A stretch of 64,000 bases of DNA from Nemertoderma westbladi (taxonomy: Eukaryota; Animalia; Xenacoelomorpha): positions 1 through 64,000 of the forward strand of contig JAUCBJ010006043.1 of NCBI GenBank assembly GCA_032718475.1, written 5' to 3'. A program made the position numbers and the translations under genes. Below, in pieces: positions 24,028-35,600 of this stretch; position 1 is the first letter of the stretch; every line of letters begins with the position of its first letter. The notes below the pieces were generated by a model that was not told where the DNA came from, made no database searches, and was given only the letters and a program-made list of their open reading frames with translations.

Positions 24028-26874
24028 TCATGCACAAAAAATTCTAGAATCCTGATGACATTCTTTATGGATTGTACGCAAAATACTATTCTCCGTACAG
24101 TTTAGACGTTTGGTAAGGCTACAAAGGCTGTTGTACGTTATATGAATCAACATAGGTATATTTAATTCTCCACATGTTAATGACATACTCGTTGGTATGT
24201 CATCAGTAACTCTAGATATCCGAAAAAACAAACGAATTGCATTATTGTACGCTACTTTCAGTTTTCTATAAACACAATCAGAGTAGTTCATTCTAGCCCA
24301 TAAACTATTACAGTAAATCGGCGTACAAAAAGTTCTAAATAGGCATATTTTTACTGCACGGGAACAATTTCCAAACTTTCTCATTAACATATTGGCTCTT
24401 GCATATAAGGAACACATTTGGGCCTTGATATCGATGTCATCATCTGTACTAGAATGTAGAATATGGCCTAAATATGAAAATTGCTCAACAATTTCAACTG
24501 GTTTATCATACAAGAAAACATTTGTAATTGAAGTTATCCTATTAGATCTCGGAAAGTAATATATACATTTACTTTTCTTCACATTAAAAACAATTGAATT
24601 CCTATTGGCATAAGATACCGCCGAATCGATCAGTATTTGTAGCCCTACAATTGAATTGGAAATCAAGCACATATCGTCTGCATATAACAAATTATTTACT
24701 CTAATATTGTCAATAAAACACCCTACTCCCGTATTAGTCAGTTCAGTACTTAAATCGTCAATATATATTATAAATAGCACGGGAGAAAATATACCGCCTT
24801 GTTTTGTCGAGTTTGTAACTTTGAACTTTGAAGATAAAATGCCGTCCCATTTAACACACATAGATTGATTTCTATACCAAAATAACAATACCCTAACCAA
24901 ATACCGTGGAACACCTCTATCTAATAATTTCCTAAATAACTTATAGTGGTTTACCCTGTCGAACGCCTTAGAGGCATCGAGCATACAGACATACACCGGA
25001 GAGTCATGAGTTAGATAATGATTTATTAATTCCTTATAAGCATATATACACGTCTCCGTACCTAAGTTACACTTGAAACCAAACTGGTTATCAACCGTCC
25101 TTAATTTACCCCTACAAATATTAAGCATTACGGATTCTAGAATTCTACTAAGCACAGTAGAGAGACAAATACCCCGATAATTATCCTTTGACGTAATATC
25201 ACCGGTTCTATCCTTAACTAACGGTATAATAATGCAATCCATCATCCTTACTGGTAGATACCCATGTACAAATATAGCATTAATTAGTACACGTAATTTC
25301 TTTAATAGGCCAGGACCACATCCGAAAATAAAATGCTCACCCGATACCCCATCTGAACCACATGCTTTACCTAGATTTAAGCTATGTAGAGCGTCAAATA
25401 TATCATTTAAAAATTAACATTAATATCACTGAAAATAATATCATTTAACTTTGGATCTACAAAGATGGCATCAGAATCATCATTAACACAGTTATAGATT
25501 TTTTCAAAATGCGCACCCCACATTTCGCTTATCTCTTCTGGTCCACAGGCGTCACCAACCTTATTAGGGGCTGTGGAGCGCACTGAGCAACGATTGTGTA
25601 CCTGTGACCAAAACTTACCAATTCCAAATTTTCCAGAACTCGCTGTAATAAAGGATTCTGCAAGCCTGTCATCTCTATTTTTATTTTCATTGCGTTTGCA
25701 ATCCCGTAAAACCTGCTTAAAATTTGCTTTGGTTCGCAGGTACTGCTCGTGTAAATAGCCTTGTTGGTGAGATCCCGACAATCGCCAGGATAAAAATGCC
25801 TCCCTTGACTTTTGGTATTCCTGCTTAACATAATCGTTCCATCCTGGAACATGTTTTATCTTAGGGCCTCCATTAACTTTGTTTTTAAAAACCGTTTTAC
25901 TAGCTAATTTTATGCCATCAATAATAGAATCATATAATGAATCAATTTGCACCCTACAATTTGTACACGATGTATTAGCACAATTAATTAAATAATCCTC
26001 ACTGAGAAGGGATTCACTAAATATATCATTGACCACTTTGTTATACTCACTCAACTGGTCCTTACTTATAGTCTCCCAGTGCGGACAATCTACAGCAGAT
26101 TTAGCACCAACTGGAGGAGTATACTCGGTTATTATCGGAGTAAGACTGAAACTACAGCCAATCGGGATATGGTCATCAATTGCGTACTGGTACCCAACTG
26201 ATAACTGTGATATATATGAGTCTAATATGGTAGAACACTGAACAAATTATGTGGTCCAGCCATGAAGTAGTGCTATGCGCTGCACTTATAAATGTACATG
26301 TCGAAGCAGGTAGCCTATCAACATCGCTAATAATTATGTGATTCAAATTGCACCACATTTTTAGTTCACGGAAATAAGCACGCTTAACATCGGCATTAAA
26401 GTCACCTATTATACATAAGTGAGTAAATGAACAAGACTCATATATACTTTTAATATTACCTAAACATGACGAAAATAATTCATCATTTTCAGGGCTCTCA
26501 TATGGTAGATAAACGTTTAGAATGAATAAACTCTGTTTATTTTCAAGCTTTACAGTTAATCCTAGCATTCTATCATCGCCACAGGGCACACACTCCAACG
26601 CCTTCGCTAACTTTTTATGCCACAAGAAACCCAGTCCTCCATAAGGCCTACCCGTAAGTAGACCGTGCGAGTAATTAACAGGCGATATACCAAATTTTAG
26701 GTAGTCGCCATCTATGGTATCGAGAAACCCTAATTCTTGACAGGGCAACATGTGCTCCTGTAGAGCGACGATATTAATACCACTAGTACATATATCGGTT
26801 ACGGTCTTTAATGCAACCGGTCTACGTATAGAGTTACAGTTGTAGGACACCAGATTAATGTTTGTATCAGCCAT
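24028..26874 (-). pseudogene. LINE ORF2 (APE endonuclease plus RT), frameshifted into three pieces
   Basis: SYNCN, ALQEH, GRPYGG, IGDFNA, WLDH (EN); PGWN linker; NYRGI, QFGF, LDASKAFD, KQGG, YADD, YLG (RT). Confidence 0.9.
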
Positions 26875-26970
26875 AATTATTTAGTGATTAATTACAAAAC
26901 CTATATATATATAAAATTTATATAAAAAATATAATTGATACAAAAATGAAAAATATATATTAAACCCCTC

Positions 26971-28563
26971 TTACTCCTTGTCACAGTCCACTTGCACACT
27001 CCTGTTACTCCCGTCATCACCCGGACTTGCTGGCTCGATACCCAGACTTCGAGAGACTGGATTACGCTCTAAACCTCCAAGTGTACCTGCGGCCCGTGTA
27101 CTCCCAAAGTTAGCTCTCCCATAATACGGTCTTATCTGCGTGTTCATAGGCCAAAATTCACCAACCATCAATTCCATACGTTCCTCCTCCTTACATGTTA
27201 TAAGGAATGATCTAGACCAAGACCCCGACTGTGAGATAAGTTCACATTTAACGTCATACCCCTTCCCAACCTTTATGTAATCAATGATTGTTGCAGGTAC
27301 AACATCAGCTCCACACCCAGTAAGAAATAGCCTCGCAAAAGGTCGCGAACTCGGAAAGGCCACCACACTAGATTTACCTTTAACAACTTCAGACCGCCTG
27401 TCACGCCACAACTGTCTCTCAGGCTTGTAGGAGGCTCTTCCAACCTGCCGTTGATCACGACCTGGTTTTACAGGTTTACCCTTTACTCCCATTCTTGTAT
27501 ACCCAACATCCACCGAGTCAACCTCACTCTCCGATATGTCACGATGTCGAACTCTAACTATATCGTCATCAGTTCCCTCTAGAACCTGGTATCTGTTGCG
27601 GTTACGGTTCTCTCCACCCATACGTTGTTGTCGGAATTGCTGTTGACCTTGACGGTGTTCTGAGACCAGCACCTCTGAATAACTCTGCCGCGAGCGGGTG
27701 CGATTGAGGTCATTGCCGATAGCGGTCCCACCGCGTTGAGAACTACTGCTGCCATTTCCAGACCCGTTAACAGCTGATGCACACACGCCACCCGGAGGAA
27801 CTGGCAATTCTCTTGTCATCATAGACCTATCCCTGTCACCAGAGTCTGGGATACCGATTACTTCAGTTGATCTCTTTAGCGCCAACCCAACTGATTCAAC
27901 CAGCTCAGCACCTGGGGTCAATTTACTTGGCTCCTGTTCCAGACCTAATTGGTTCAAGCAAAAAGGTAGACATATTGCCTCGAGAACCGCCAAGCGGTCC
28001 TGTAGAAAGCTAGTTCTCTGTAATAATACTGCAGTATCTGACTGAGACAATGAATACGGAGGTAGAATAGTAAGATCAAAAGGAATAAAAATCGATCGAT
28101 TCTCTCTGACATTATTACCAGCTATGAACGGCTGATAATCAAATATATCTAATATGTCCCCAATCAGGTTGCGACGTAATGACTCACCAGATTGTCTACT
28201 TTTAGCAAATGATTGCTTCTGTTTTTCCTTATCTGTCGAGGGTATTAAGCCTAATATAACCTGTTTGGCTTCCTTCAACATGAGATCCGTAAACTTTGGC
28301 CACACTGACGCTATTGAGACAATACTGTCCCTATGATATCCTTTAAGGTGACCCAACCATAGATATGCTAGAATATCGTTTAGCACATGAACTCCGCACG
28401 GACCGCTATGTGGGCGCGGTGGCAGTACACCATCGGGATTCATTATTGCGTTCCCTTTCCTCAAGCTTATGCCGTTGCCAGTTGCAGGCCTCCGCCTACT
28501 ATTAAAGTATTGCACTAGCTGATATACCGGTACCAACAATATAAGTCCAGAAGTAGTCAGCAT
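26971..28563 (-). CDS. LINE ORF1 (530 aa)
   Basis: Directly upstream of ORF2; N-terminal LNDILAYL..EAK..IGDILDIF..FIPFDLTILP; C-terminal RRM-like LFLTG..SFLI..FWP..IRPY. Confidence 0.8.
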   Translation of the reverse strand: MLTTSGLILLVPVYQLVQYFNSRRRPATGNGISLRKGNAIMNPDGVLPPRPHSGPCGVHVLNDILAYLWLGHLKGYHRDSIVSIASVWPKFTDLMLKEAKQVILGLIPSTDKEKQKQSFAKSRQSGESLRRNLIGDILDIFDYQPFIAGNNVRENRSIFIPFDLTILPPYSLSQSDTAVLLQRTSFLQDRLAVLEAICLPFCLNQLGLEQEPSKLTPGAELVESVGLALKRSTEVIGIPDSGDRDRSMMTRELPVPPGGVCASAVNGSGNGSSSSQRGGTAIGNDLNRTRSRQSYSEVLVSEHRQGQQQFRQQRMGGENRNRNRYQVLEGTDDDIVRVRHRDISESEVDSVDVGYTRMGVKGKPVKPGRDQRQVGRASYKPERQLWRDRRSEVVKGKSSVVAFPSSRPFARLFLTGCGADVVPATIIDYIKVGKGYDVKCELISQSGSWSRSFLITCKEEERMELMVGEFWPMNTQIRPYYGRANFGSTRAAGTLGGLERNPVSRSLGIEPASPGDDGSNRSVQVDCDKE

Positions 28564-28594
28564 GTATTCAGTCAGTCAGTAGTACAGTTCTATA

Positions 28595-29670
28595 ATGTCT
28601 ACACTTCAAAAATCACGATCTGGGTTAAAGAGCGTTATAACAAGAACATTCAAGGATGTCAATGAGTGGCTACTGACAACCTCAATACCCGAATTACGAG
28701 CACGTTTAGTGTCCATTGAGAAAACTTACGCGAAGTTTCAAAAGGTTAGTGAAGAATTACTACCAGAAATCAATGAAACTGATACTGACAGATATTTTTA
28801 CGATAATTCTGAATATGAATCACAATGTGAACTTATTATTGAGTATTTAAAACACAGAATCAAAGAATTGGAGCCTCCAGACCTCCCTTCTACACCTCCG
28901 GCTCCCCTTACTTCTAATCTTACTGGTTCGTTACACATTAAATTAGAAAACTTACAATAGCAGATTCATTTGATGGAAATCCTTTGAAATACCATCATTT
29001 TGGGACAGATTTGAAGCTAGATATCATTTAAATCCTAATTTATCAGACATAGATAGGTTCGATTATCTTCTTCAATCTTTAACTGGCACTGCAAAAAGTG
29101 CCATTTCCGGATTGAAACCCACACAAAATAATTACACTAATGCTATTGCTATAATACACAGGCGATTCGGAAAACGAATGCCAAGATTAAACGCACATGT
29201 TATGGCTTTATTCGACCTTCCAAAAGGAGGACAGGCCTTGAACTATCAAAATACGCAAGAGGATATTCCTTAAATTCTAATCATGGTTCATCCTCATTCA
29301 AGGCATTTGAACAAAAGGCTAAAACGGATTATAAACATAAAAATAAAGTGACGACCTTACACACCTCCATAAAACCTACTAACCAGATCAATACCACAGA
29401 AAAATCACAAGGATTTTCCCTACAGTCCGGTTATCAAAATGGTAATAGAAACTTAAATCCTAAACATCCATGTCCATTCTGTAATACAGACCTTTATCCA
29501 GGGAAATGTTCTGTAGGTCTTACTCTAAACTCAAATGAAGTCATCAATAAACTCAAATCTGGGCATCTGGGCTTTGTTGTCTAAATCATGGACATTATTC
29601 AAACCATTGCAAATTCAAACCTATCTGTTCTCTCTGTAGAGGAGGACACTTATTAATTCCTTATTAATAC
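28595..29670 (+). pseudogene. Decayed BEL/Pao gag of element B
   Basis: MSTLQKSRSGLKS coiled coil, IKLE..FDGNP (DUF1759-like, frameshifted), CPFC knuckle remnants. Confidence 0.75.
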
Positions 29671-31587
29671 ACTATTAATCCTGCTGTCATAGCCTCCAGA
29701 GGAGCTACACCCAAGGAACTAACTGAGACACCAGATTGCCTAGGTGGCCCCGACTTCCTGAGTAAAGAAGAAGAGGAATGCCCCCCCCCCCCCCCCCCCG
29801 CCCCCATCTCACCACTGCCGAGATCAGACAAGCCAAGGGAGCGGAAACTGTTAAGCCAAAGATGCGGACGAGTAAATCCAAGCTGTTTAAACCGATGCTC
29901 GATCTATCGATTCTACACGCTGCCGATGACAACAATGATGCCACACCAACCGGGATGAACCGGGACTGTGGCCTATATTCAGAACCAAGATTGGAAGACT
30001 GGGATACCTGATGTCTCTAAAGGACTCTCACCACTAGTGAAGAGAGCTTGGAATAGACATTGTAAAGCAATCACGTATTTGAAACGGCTTTTCCACCACC
30101 ATTATTCCAAGACTAAAGAAATTCACAGTTTTTAACGGACAAGATCACGCATCAGGAGCATGACAATACCAATAAGCAACTACTGAGGCTTCTACAGTGC
30201 CATGATGATCCTGAGAAGCATTTCCTGCTGATGAAAAATCCGCAGATGCACTTAAAGGATTCTTTGTCCAGTATGATGTTTGACAGACTCATACGTGTTG
30301 GAGGGAGATTAACTAATGCACCACTTTCCTTTGACACTAAGTACCCCATCATCATCAAAAATCTTGAAATACAAATCAAGATGATTGTAGATGTCCATAG
30401 TAATCTTTATCATGCAAGTAGGGAACGAGTTCTTAGCGAAGTTAGAATGCGCTATTATTTTTATAAGCCACATAAAGCACTAAACCAAGTTCTTAGGAAC
30501 TGCATACCCTGTAGGAAAGCATTAGGCCTTTAACCCAGCGAGAGGCAGAATTACCTAGGGAAAGAGTAAGCTGTTATGAACCACCCTTTACTAACACTGG
30601 TGTGGATTTATTTGGCCCTATTGAAGTGTACCGCGCTCGAACTATAGTCAAGCGATGGTGCGTTATATTTGTTTGTAAGACTTCGTAAGACTTTATGACT
30701 TTGTAAGAGCGATTCATCTGGACATGGTGAATGATTTATCTACTAATAGTTTCATACTCAGCCTACGCCGACAAATCGCTCACTTTGGGACTAGCAACAC
30801 CATGTGATCAGATAAAGGTACCAACTTTATCGGGGCCAATAACGAGATAAAGGCTTACCCCTGGCTTCCCCTGGCTTCATTTTTTAATAAGTCAATGAAT
30901 GAAGGAGCGCTACCAGACAGTTGTTTGGAAGCTCGCCAACATTTCCCCACAATTTAAGAATGGTGGTAAATATTTGTGTGAAAACTTAACATCTATCAGT
31001 CTAACATTAGTGGTCTGCAAACTTATGGAACGAAATATTGTCAATGAAACATACAGCAACATGAAGGGAAATAACCTTATATATACCCTATGACCAATAC
31101 TGTTTCCAGAAAAGCAGAAATGGCGATCATGCCCTCTGCAACTACGTGATTGTATCTTCCATTGGTTCAAAGTACTAGATGATCGCATGTGCATCGATGT
31201 GTACTTGGACTTAGAGAAAGCCTTTGATTCAGTGCCACACCAGAGACTGATTGTCAATTTGCAGGCCCTTGGAATAACTGGCAAGTTATTAAATTGGTTT
31301 CAGGTCTTTCTATCTTGTAGATACCAACCCGTGGTCATCAGTGGGAAAGCATCACCGTGGCTACATTTTGACAATGGTGTTCCTCAGGGAAGTGTTGCTG
31401 GAGTTTTCCTATTCCTTGGATACGTGAATGATGTTCCAACTCTACTCATTCATCTTTTCACCAATGACATCAAAGCGCTATATTCGACCCCAGGAACATC
31501 ACATCTATTGCCCTACTACAAAGTAATTTGGATGTCCTGGACCGCTGGAGCAAATTGTGGCAACTTCTTTTTAACCACGACAAATGT
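29671..31587 (+). repeat. Right arm of the inverted duplication (BEL RNaseH/IN remnant plus CR1 RT fragment)
   Basis: Reverse complement of 19358-21252; here the CR1 fragment continues past 31587. Confidence 0.95.
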
Positions 31588-31862
31588 AAGGTAATGCTCG
31601 ACCACTCACTAACAGACTAAAGTCCACAGATTTACAAAAATACTTGGGAGTCCTGTAGAGAACATGACATTGGTGATTGGTTTGTCAACACATTAATTCA
31701 ACACATTACCCTTTCTGTCTTTGAGACTATTATCATGTAATCTTTAGTCAATCAATGTGCAATGCAATGCAATGTGCAATGCAAAGTGTGTGCAAGGGAA
31801 TTGCCATAAAGGGTGAAGGAATATTGTAAGGGGATGGTGATGTTTTAGATGGAAATAAACAA

Positions 31863-32391
31863 TGTTAGCTTATTCAATCCCGCTAACACCCCATAAAGTT
31901 AAGCCGATAAGCAATATTGGGGGCCACGAGATTGGGTAATCACCAACTCGTGTCACCCCAACAAAATGGGAAGGAGAAACACAATAAGGGTAAGGGGCCA
32001 AACCCCTAACAGAGAGAGAACAGGTGGAGTGAACGGGAACACTCCAAAGGGTGCCAACAAGGGTATCAACCAATCAGAGGGGGGAAAGGCATCGATTAGG
32101 TAGAGTAACAAGGCCAACCCATGCAATATAGCCAGTTGGCAGTAATCATTTTACTCAGTTATCTCAGTATCATATTGGTGCTAGTTAGGTTAGTTAGTTT
32201 AGCTAGGGAAGGACCGGGACTTTAATTACCGTATCCCACCTTCCGTGTACGACATCATATATCTATATCTGTATCTTATACCTGAACATTATACGTGACA
32301 AACAACGTAAACCCTTTCACTCTTCACACACGGCGGGGACGCGTGAATTAACAAACCGGATAAACCGGGATTCTCCCTGGATCCCGTCACA
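31863..32391 (+). repeat. 5' LTR of C
   Basis: TGTTAGC...GTCACA; about 8 substitutions versus the 3' LTR by eye. Confidence 0.95.
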
Positions 32392-32666
32392 GTAATTAAA
32401 CCCGTCGGTGGCACAGTAATTAAATCCGAGCTGCCACCCCAGCTAGCTACCAGTGACTACCAACCTCCAATCTAAAGTTAAAGGAGATGAGTCAGTCGGG
32501 AGAGACAACACCGACGCGGACCCCGGATGAAGAACTAACGATCCGCGAGGCCGCGACCAGGCGGTATACACCCACGACGCCGGACCCATCGGTAACGGGC
32601 GATCCGGAAGTTCAGGATGAGGGGGGCCGTCTGGAGTCAGAGGTCGAGTCGAGAAGATAGGGCGAG

Positions 32667-35600
32667 TTGGAGGGAGAAGGAGACGAGTCGACACGGAATG
32701 AGGGTCGACGCACCGATGTCGCCAGCCAGCCACAGGCCGAGGGTGACGAACGGCCCACCGAAACGGCGACGGTGGGCCCGACGGTACGACATCGGACCCA
32801 GAGAGATGGAGGAGATGTCGGTACCGATGTCGCCGGCCAGCCACAGGCCGAGGGCGTCGAACAGCCCACCGGAACGGCGACGGTGGGGCCGCCGGTACGA
32901 CGTCGGACCCGGAGGGACGGAGGAGAGGTCGGCGACGAGGACGTCGGGGTTTCTGAGCGACTTCGACGGGCCTACATCACGACCCGGAGACTATTAGAGG
33001 AGGCCAGAGGAGGGGCGACGATATACGAGGTAAAACTAAAGAAAGGACTAGGTGAGTCGAATAGACATTTTAACTATTTAATGCGATTCGGACAGAGAGA
33101 AATGGCCGAAGAGAGAGCGAGAGGGGTTGCCAAGGAACTGTGTGACCTATGGCGGTGTAGGGATATGGGGCCTGGTGCAGTGTACATAGGGCCATACTTA
33201 GTCGGTGCCCAGGGTATAAAATTAGTGGGTTGGAAGAGACCTGAGGAGGGCGAATCCGAGGTTGACCCTGAGGATTCGGTCTCGTCGGTCGGAGGGAGTT
33301 CCGGGAGGAGGGGGAAAGTTAGTAGATCAGGAAGGCGGAGGGAATCCGTCACAACTGATAAGTCTGCTACATCCTCCGTGAAAGAAAGACGGGTGAGAGA
33401 GATAAATGCTACATACCAGCTCGGTCTAATAGCACAAGGCCATAGAGAAGTAGATAGACGGCTAGAGGAGGGGAGGGTGTTGCTAGAAAGGGAAATGGTG
33501 CTGATTAGAGAGACAAGAGAGAGGGCCGAAAGGGCCGCGAGAAGCCTTGGGGAGTGTGAGGAAATAGAGAGGAAGGAACAAGAGGGGCGTGTGGCGGAAC
33601 ATAAGGAGCGTGAGGCGAGAGAAGAAAAGGAACGCAAAGAGCGTGAGGCGAGAGGAGAAAAGGAACACAAAGAGCGTGAGGCGGAACGTAAGGAACGTGA
33701 GGCGAGAGAGGAAAAGGAACGCAAGGAGCGTGAGGCGAGGCGAAGGGAGAGAGCTAGGAGAGTGGCAGAGTTGGCCGACCAGGACGCGCGGGAGTGTGAG
33801 GAGAGAATGGCAAGAGCAGAGCGAGAGCAAAAGGAATTGGAGAAACAACAAATTGGGTTTATAGAGTACAAAGCTAGACACACGCGCGAACTGGAACTGG
33901 CGCAGATAGGGGCGTCTGGGAGCGAGGCTGGCTCGAATACTTTCGAGGGGCCAAGGGCCGTGGATACGTTTATTAATACCCCACTAACAGGGACCGCACG
34001 ACAGACCCAAAACTGGTGTGACCGTACGGGCGGGGGGGGGGGGGGTAATAACAATAATGCTACAGTAGACGTTGTTAATATTAATAGTACCGTATTGGAT
34101 AACTCTAACCAAACCTTTATTGCAGGAAATACTTTGCCTAGTGGTAGTAATTTAAACTTAAATCAGAACGATTCTAATGTTAACGTAGGAAATAATCCGA
34201 ACAATGTAGTTACGCAATATAATCCAAATAATTTAAATAACGATCCAAACCAGAATTTACTAAATAATTCAAATAACGTAGTTACGCAAAATAATCCAAA
34301 TAATTTAAATAATGATCCAAACCAGAATTTACAAAATAATTCAAATAACGTAGTTACGCAAAATAATCCAAATAATTTAAATAATGATCCAAGCCCGAAT
34401 TTACAAAATAATTCAGATAGTGTAGTCGCGCAAAATAATTCAAATGATTTTATTTCGAACGAACAAAATAATTCCGTTTCCAATATGGGTGCTATTAACG
34501 TGAACACGTCGGGCGTGTATGGCCAGGCAGATGGGGGCCTAGTAGGCCACGTAGTTGGTAGGCAGGGAGTGGCTGGGTTGGGTAGACCCAGCGAGGGCCT
34601 GGTAGGCCACGTAGTTGGTAGGAAGGGAGTGGCTGGGTTGGGTAAACCCAGCGAGGGCCTGGTAGGCCACGTAGCTGGTAGGCAGGTAGTGGCTGGGTTG
34701 GGTAGACCCAGCGAGGGCCTGGTAGGCCACGTAGTTGATAGGCAGGGAGTAGAGGGCCTGGTAGGCCACGCAATAGCGGAGGGAGAGGTGGGGGTGAATG
34801 GGCCCGACCGCGGTAGGGTTGATGTGTCGACTAGAGGGGGATATAGCAGCGGGATGAGAGATAGCGAGGTTAGATGTGGCGAGTGGGGGGGGGGGGGCTA
34901 CAGGGGCCCCACAACAGCGAGTTAGCGGCGAAAGGGGGGGGGGGGCAGAGAGTGCCCCACAGGCGTCAACGGATAATGCGCGGGCCGAAGTAGGTAAACC
35001 GCAACACCCGGCGACGGAGAGTAATAGGGGGATTGCGAGTATCCCCAGCGGCGTGCGACCGAGCAGAGAGAGACAGGTTGACGTCGTGAGAGGGCGGACG
35101 AAGCGTCGAGCCCGATCAGAAGAGGGAAGAAGAGTAGTGGAATTTAACCGGGAGGTCAACGAGAGATCTCACGAGCGGGAATACTCCACTGAAAGGAGAA
35201 GAAGAGAAGCCAGTAGTAGAAGTATCGCCGCGAACTATAGAAGAGCGAGGACGGATAGCGAGCCGTCGGTAGTCGAGATGAGAACAGAGAGTCAGTGGGG
35301 TCGAACTCCGGGAGATTGCCATCGCCCCGGAGAGATGCGACCTGGCGAGGCGCATTACGCGCCGATGGAGGGGTACGCGATGTACCGGTACGAAGATGAG
35401 AACAGTAGAGAGGGGGGTCGAAGAGAAACTTTCCGACGGAATATACCTACCGATCGAGAGTACGGTAGCCACGGGGAGGACTATTCGAGAAGAATAAACT
35501 TCGATCCTGAGCGACACATGCAGACTGTAGGACATACTGTAGGCCTTACTGCACATACCATAGGCCATGCTGACAGAGGCAATGTAGGCGATAGGATAGC

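Larger units (their letters stand above)
23865..28589 (-). mobile_element. Apparently full-length two-ORF LINE inserted between the PBS and gag ATG of element B
   Basis: ORF1 plus APE-RT ORF2, ATTAAA and short poly(A) at 23865-23885 (minus), candidate TSD CTATA (23860-23864, 28590-28594); clade uncertain (RTEX or L2/Daphne-like). Confidence 0.85.

Noticed and set aside
33074-35568. Long antisense ORFs (326, 206, 150 aa), and similar ones opposite pol at 46474-47661
   Set aside because: Shadow frames of repetitive or GC-rich sense-strand coding sequence with no motifs
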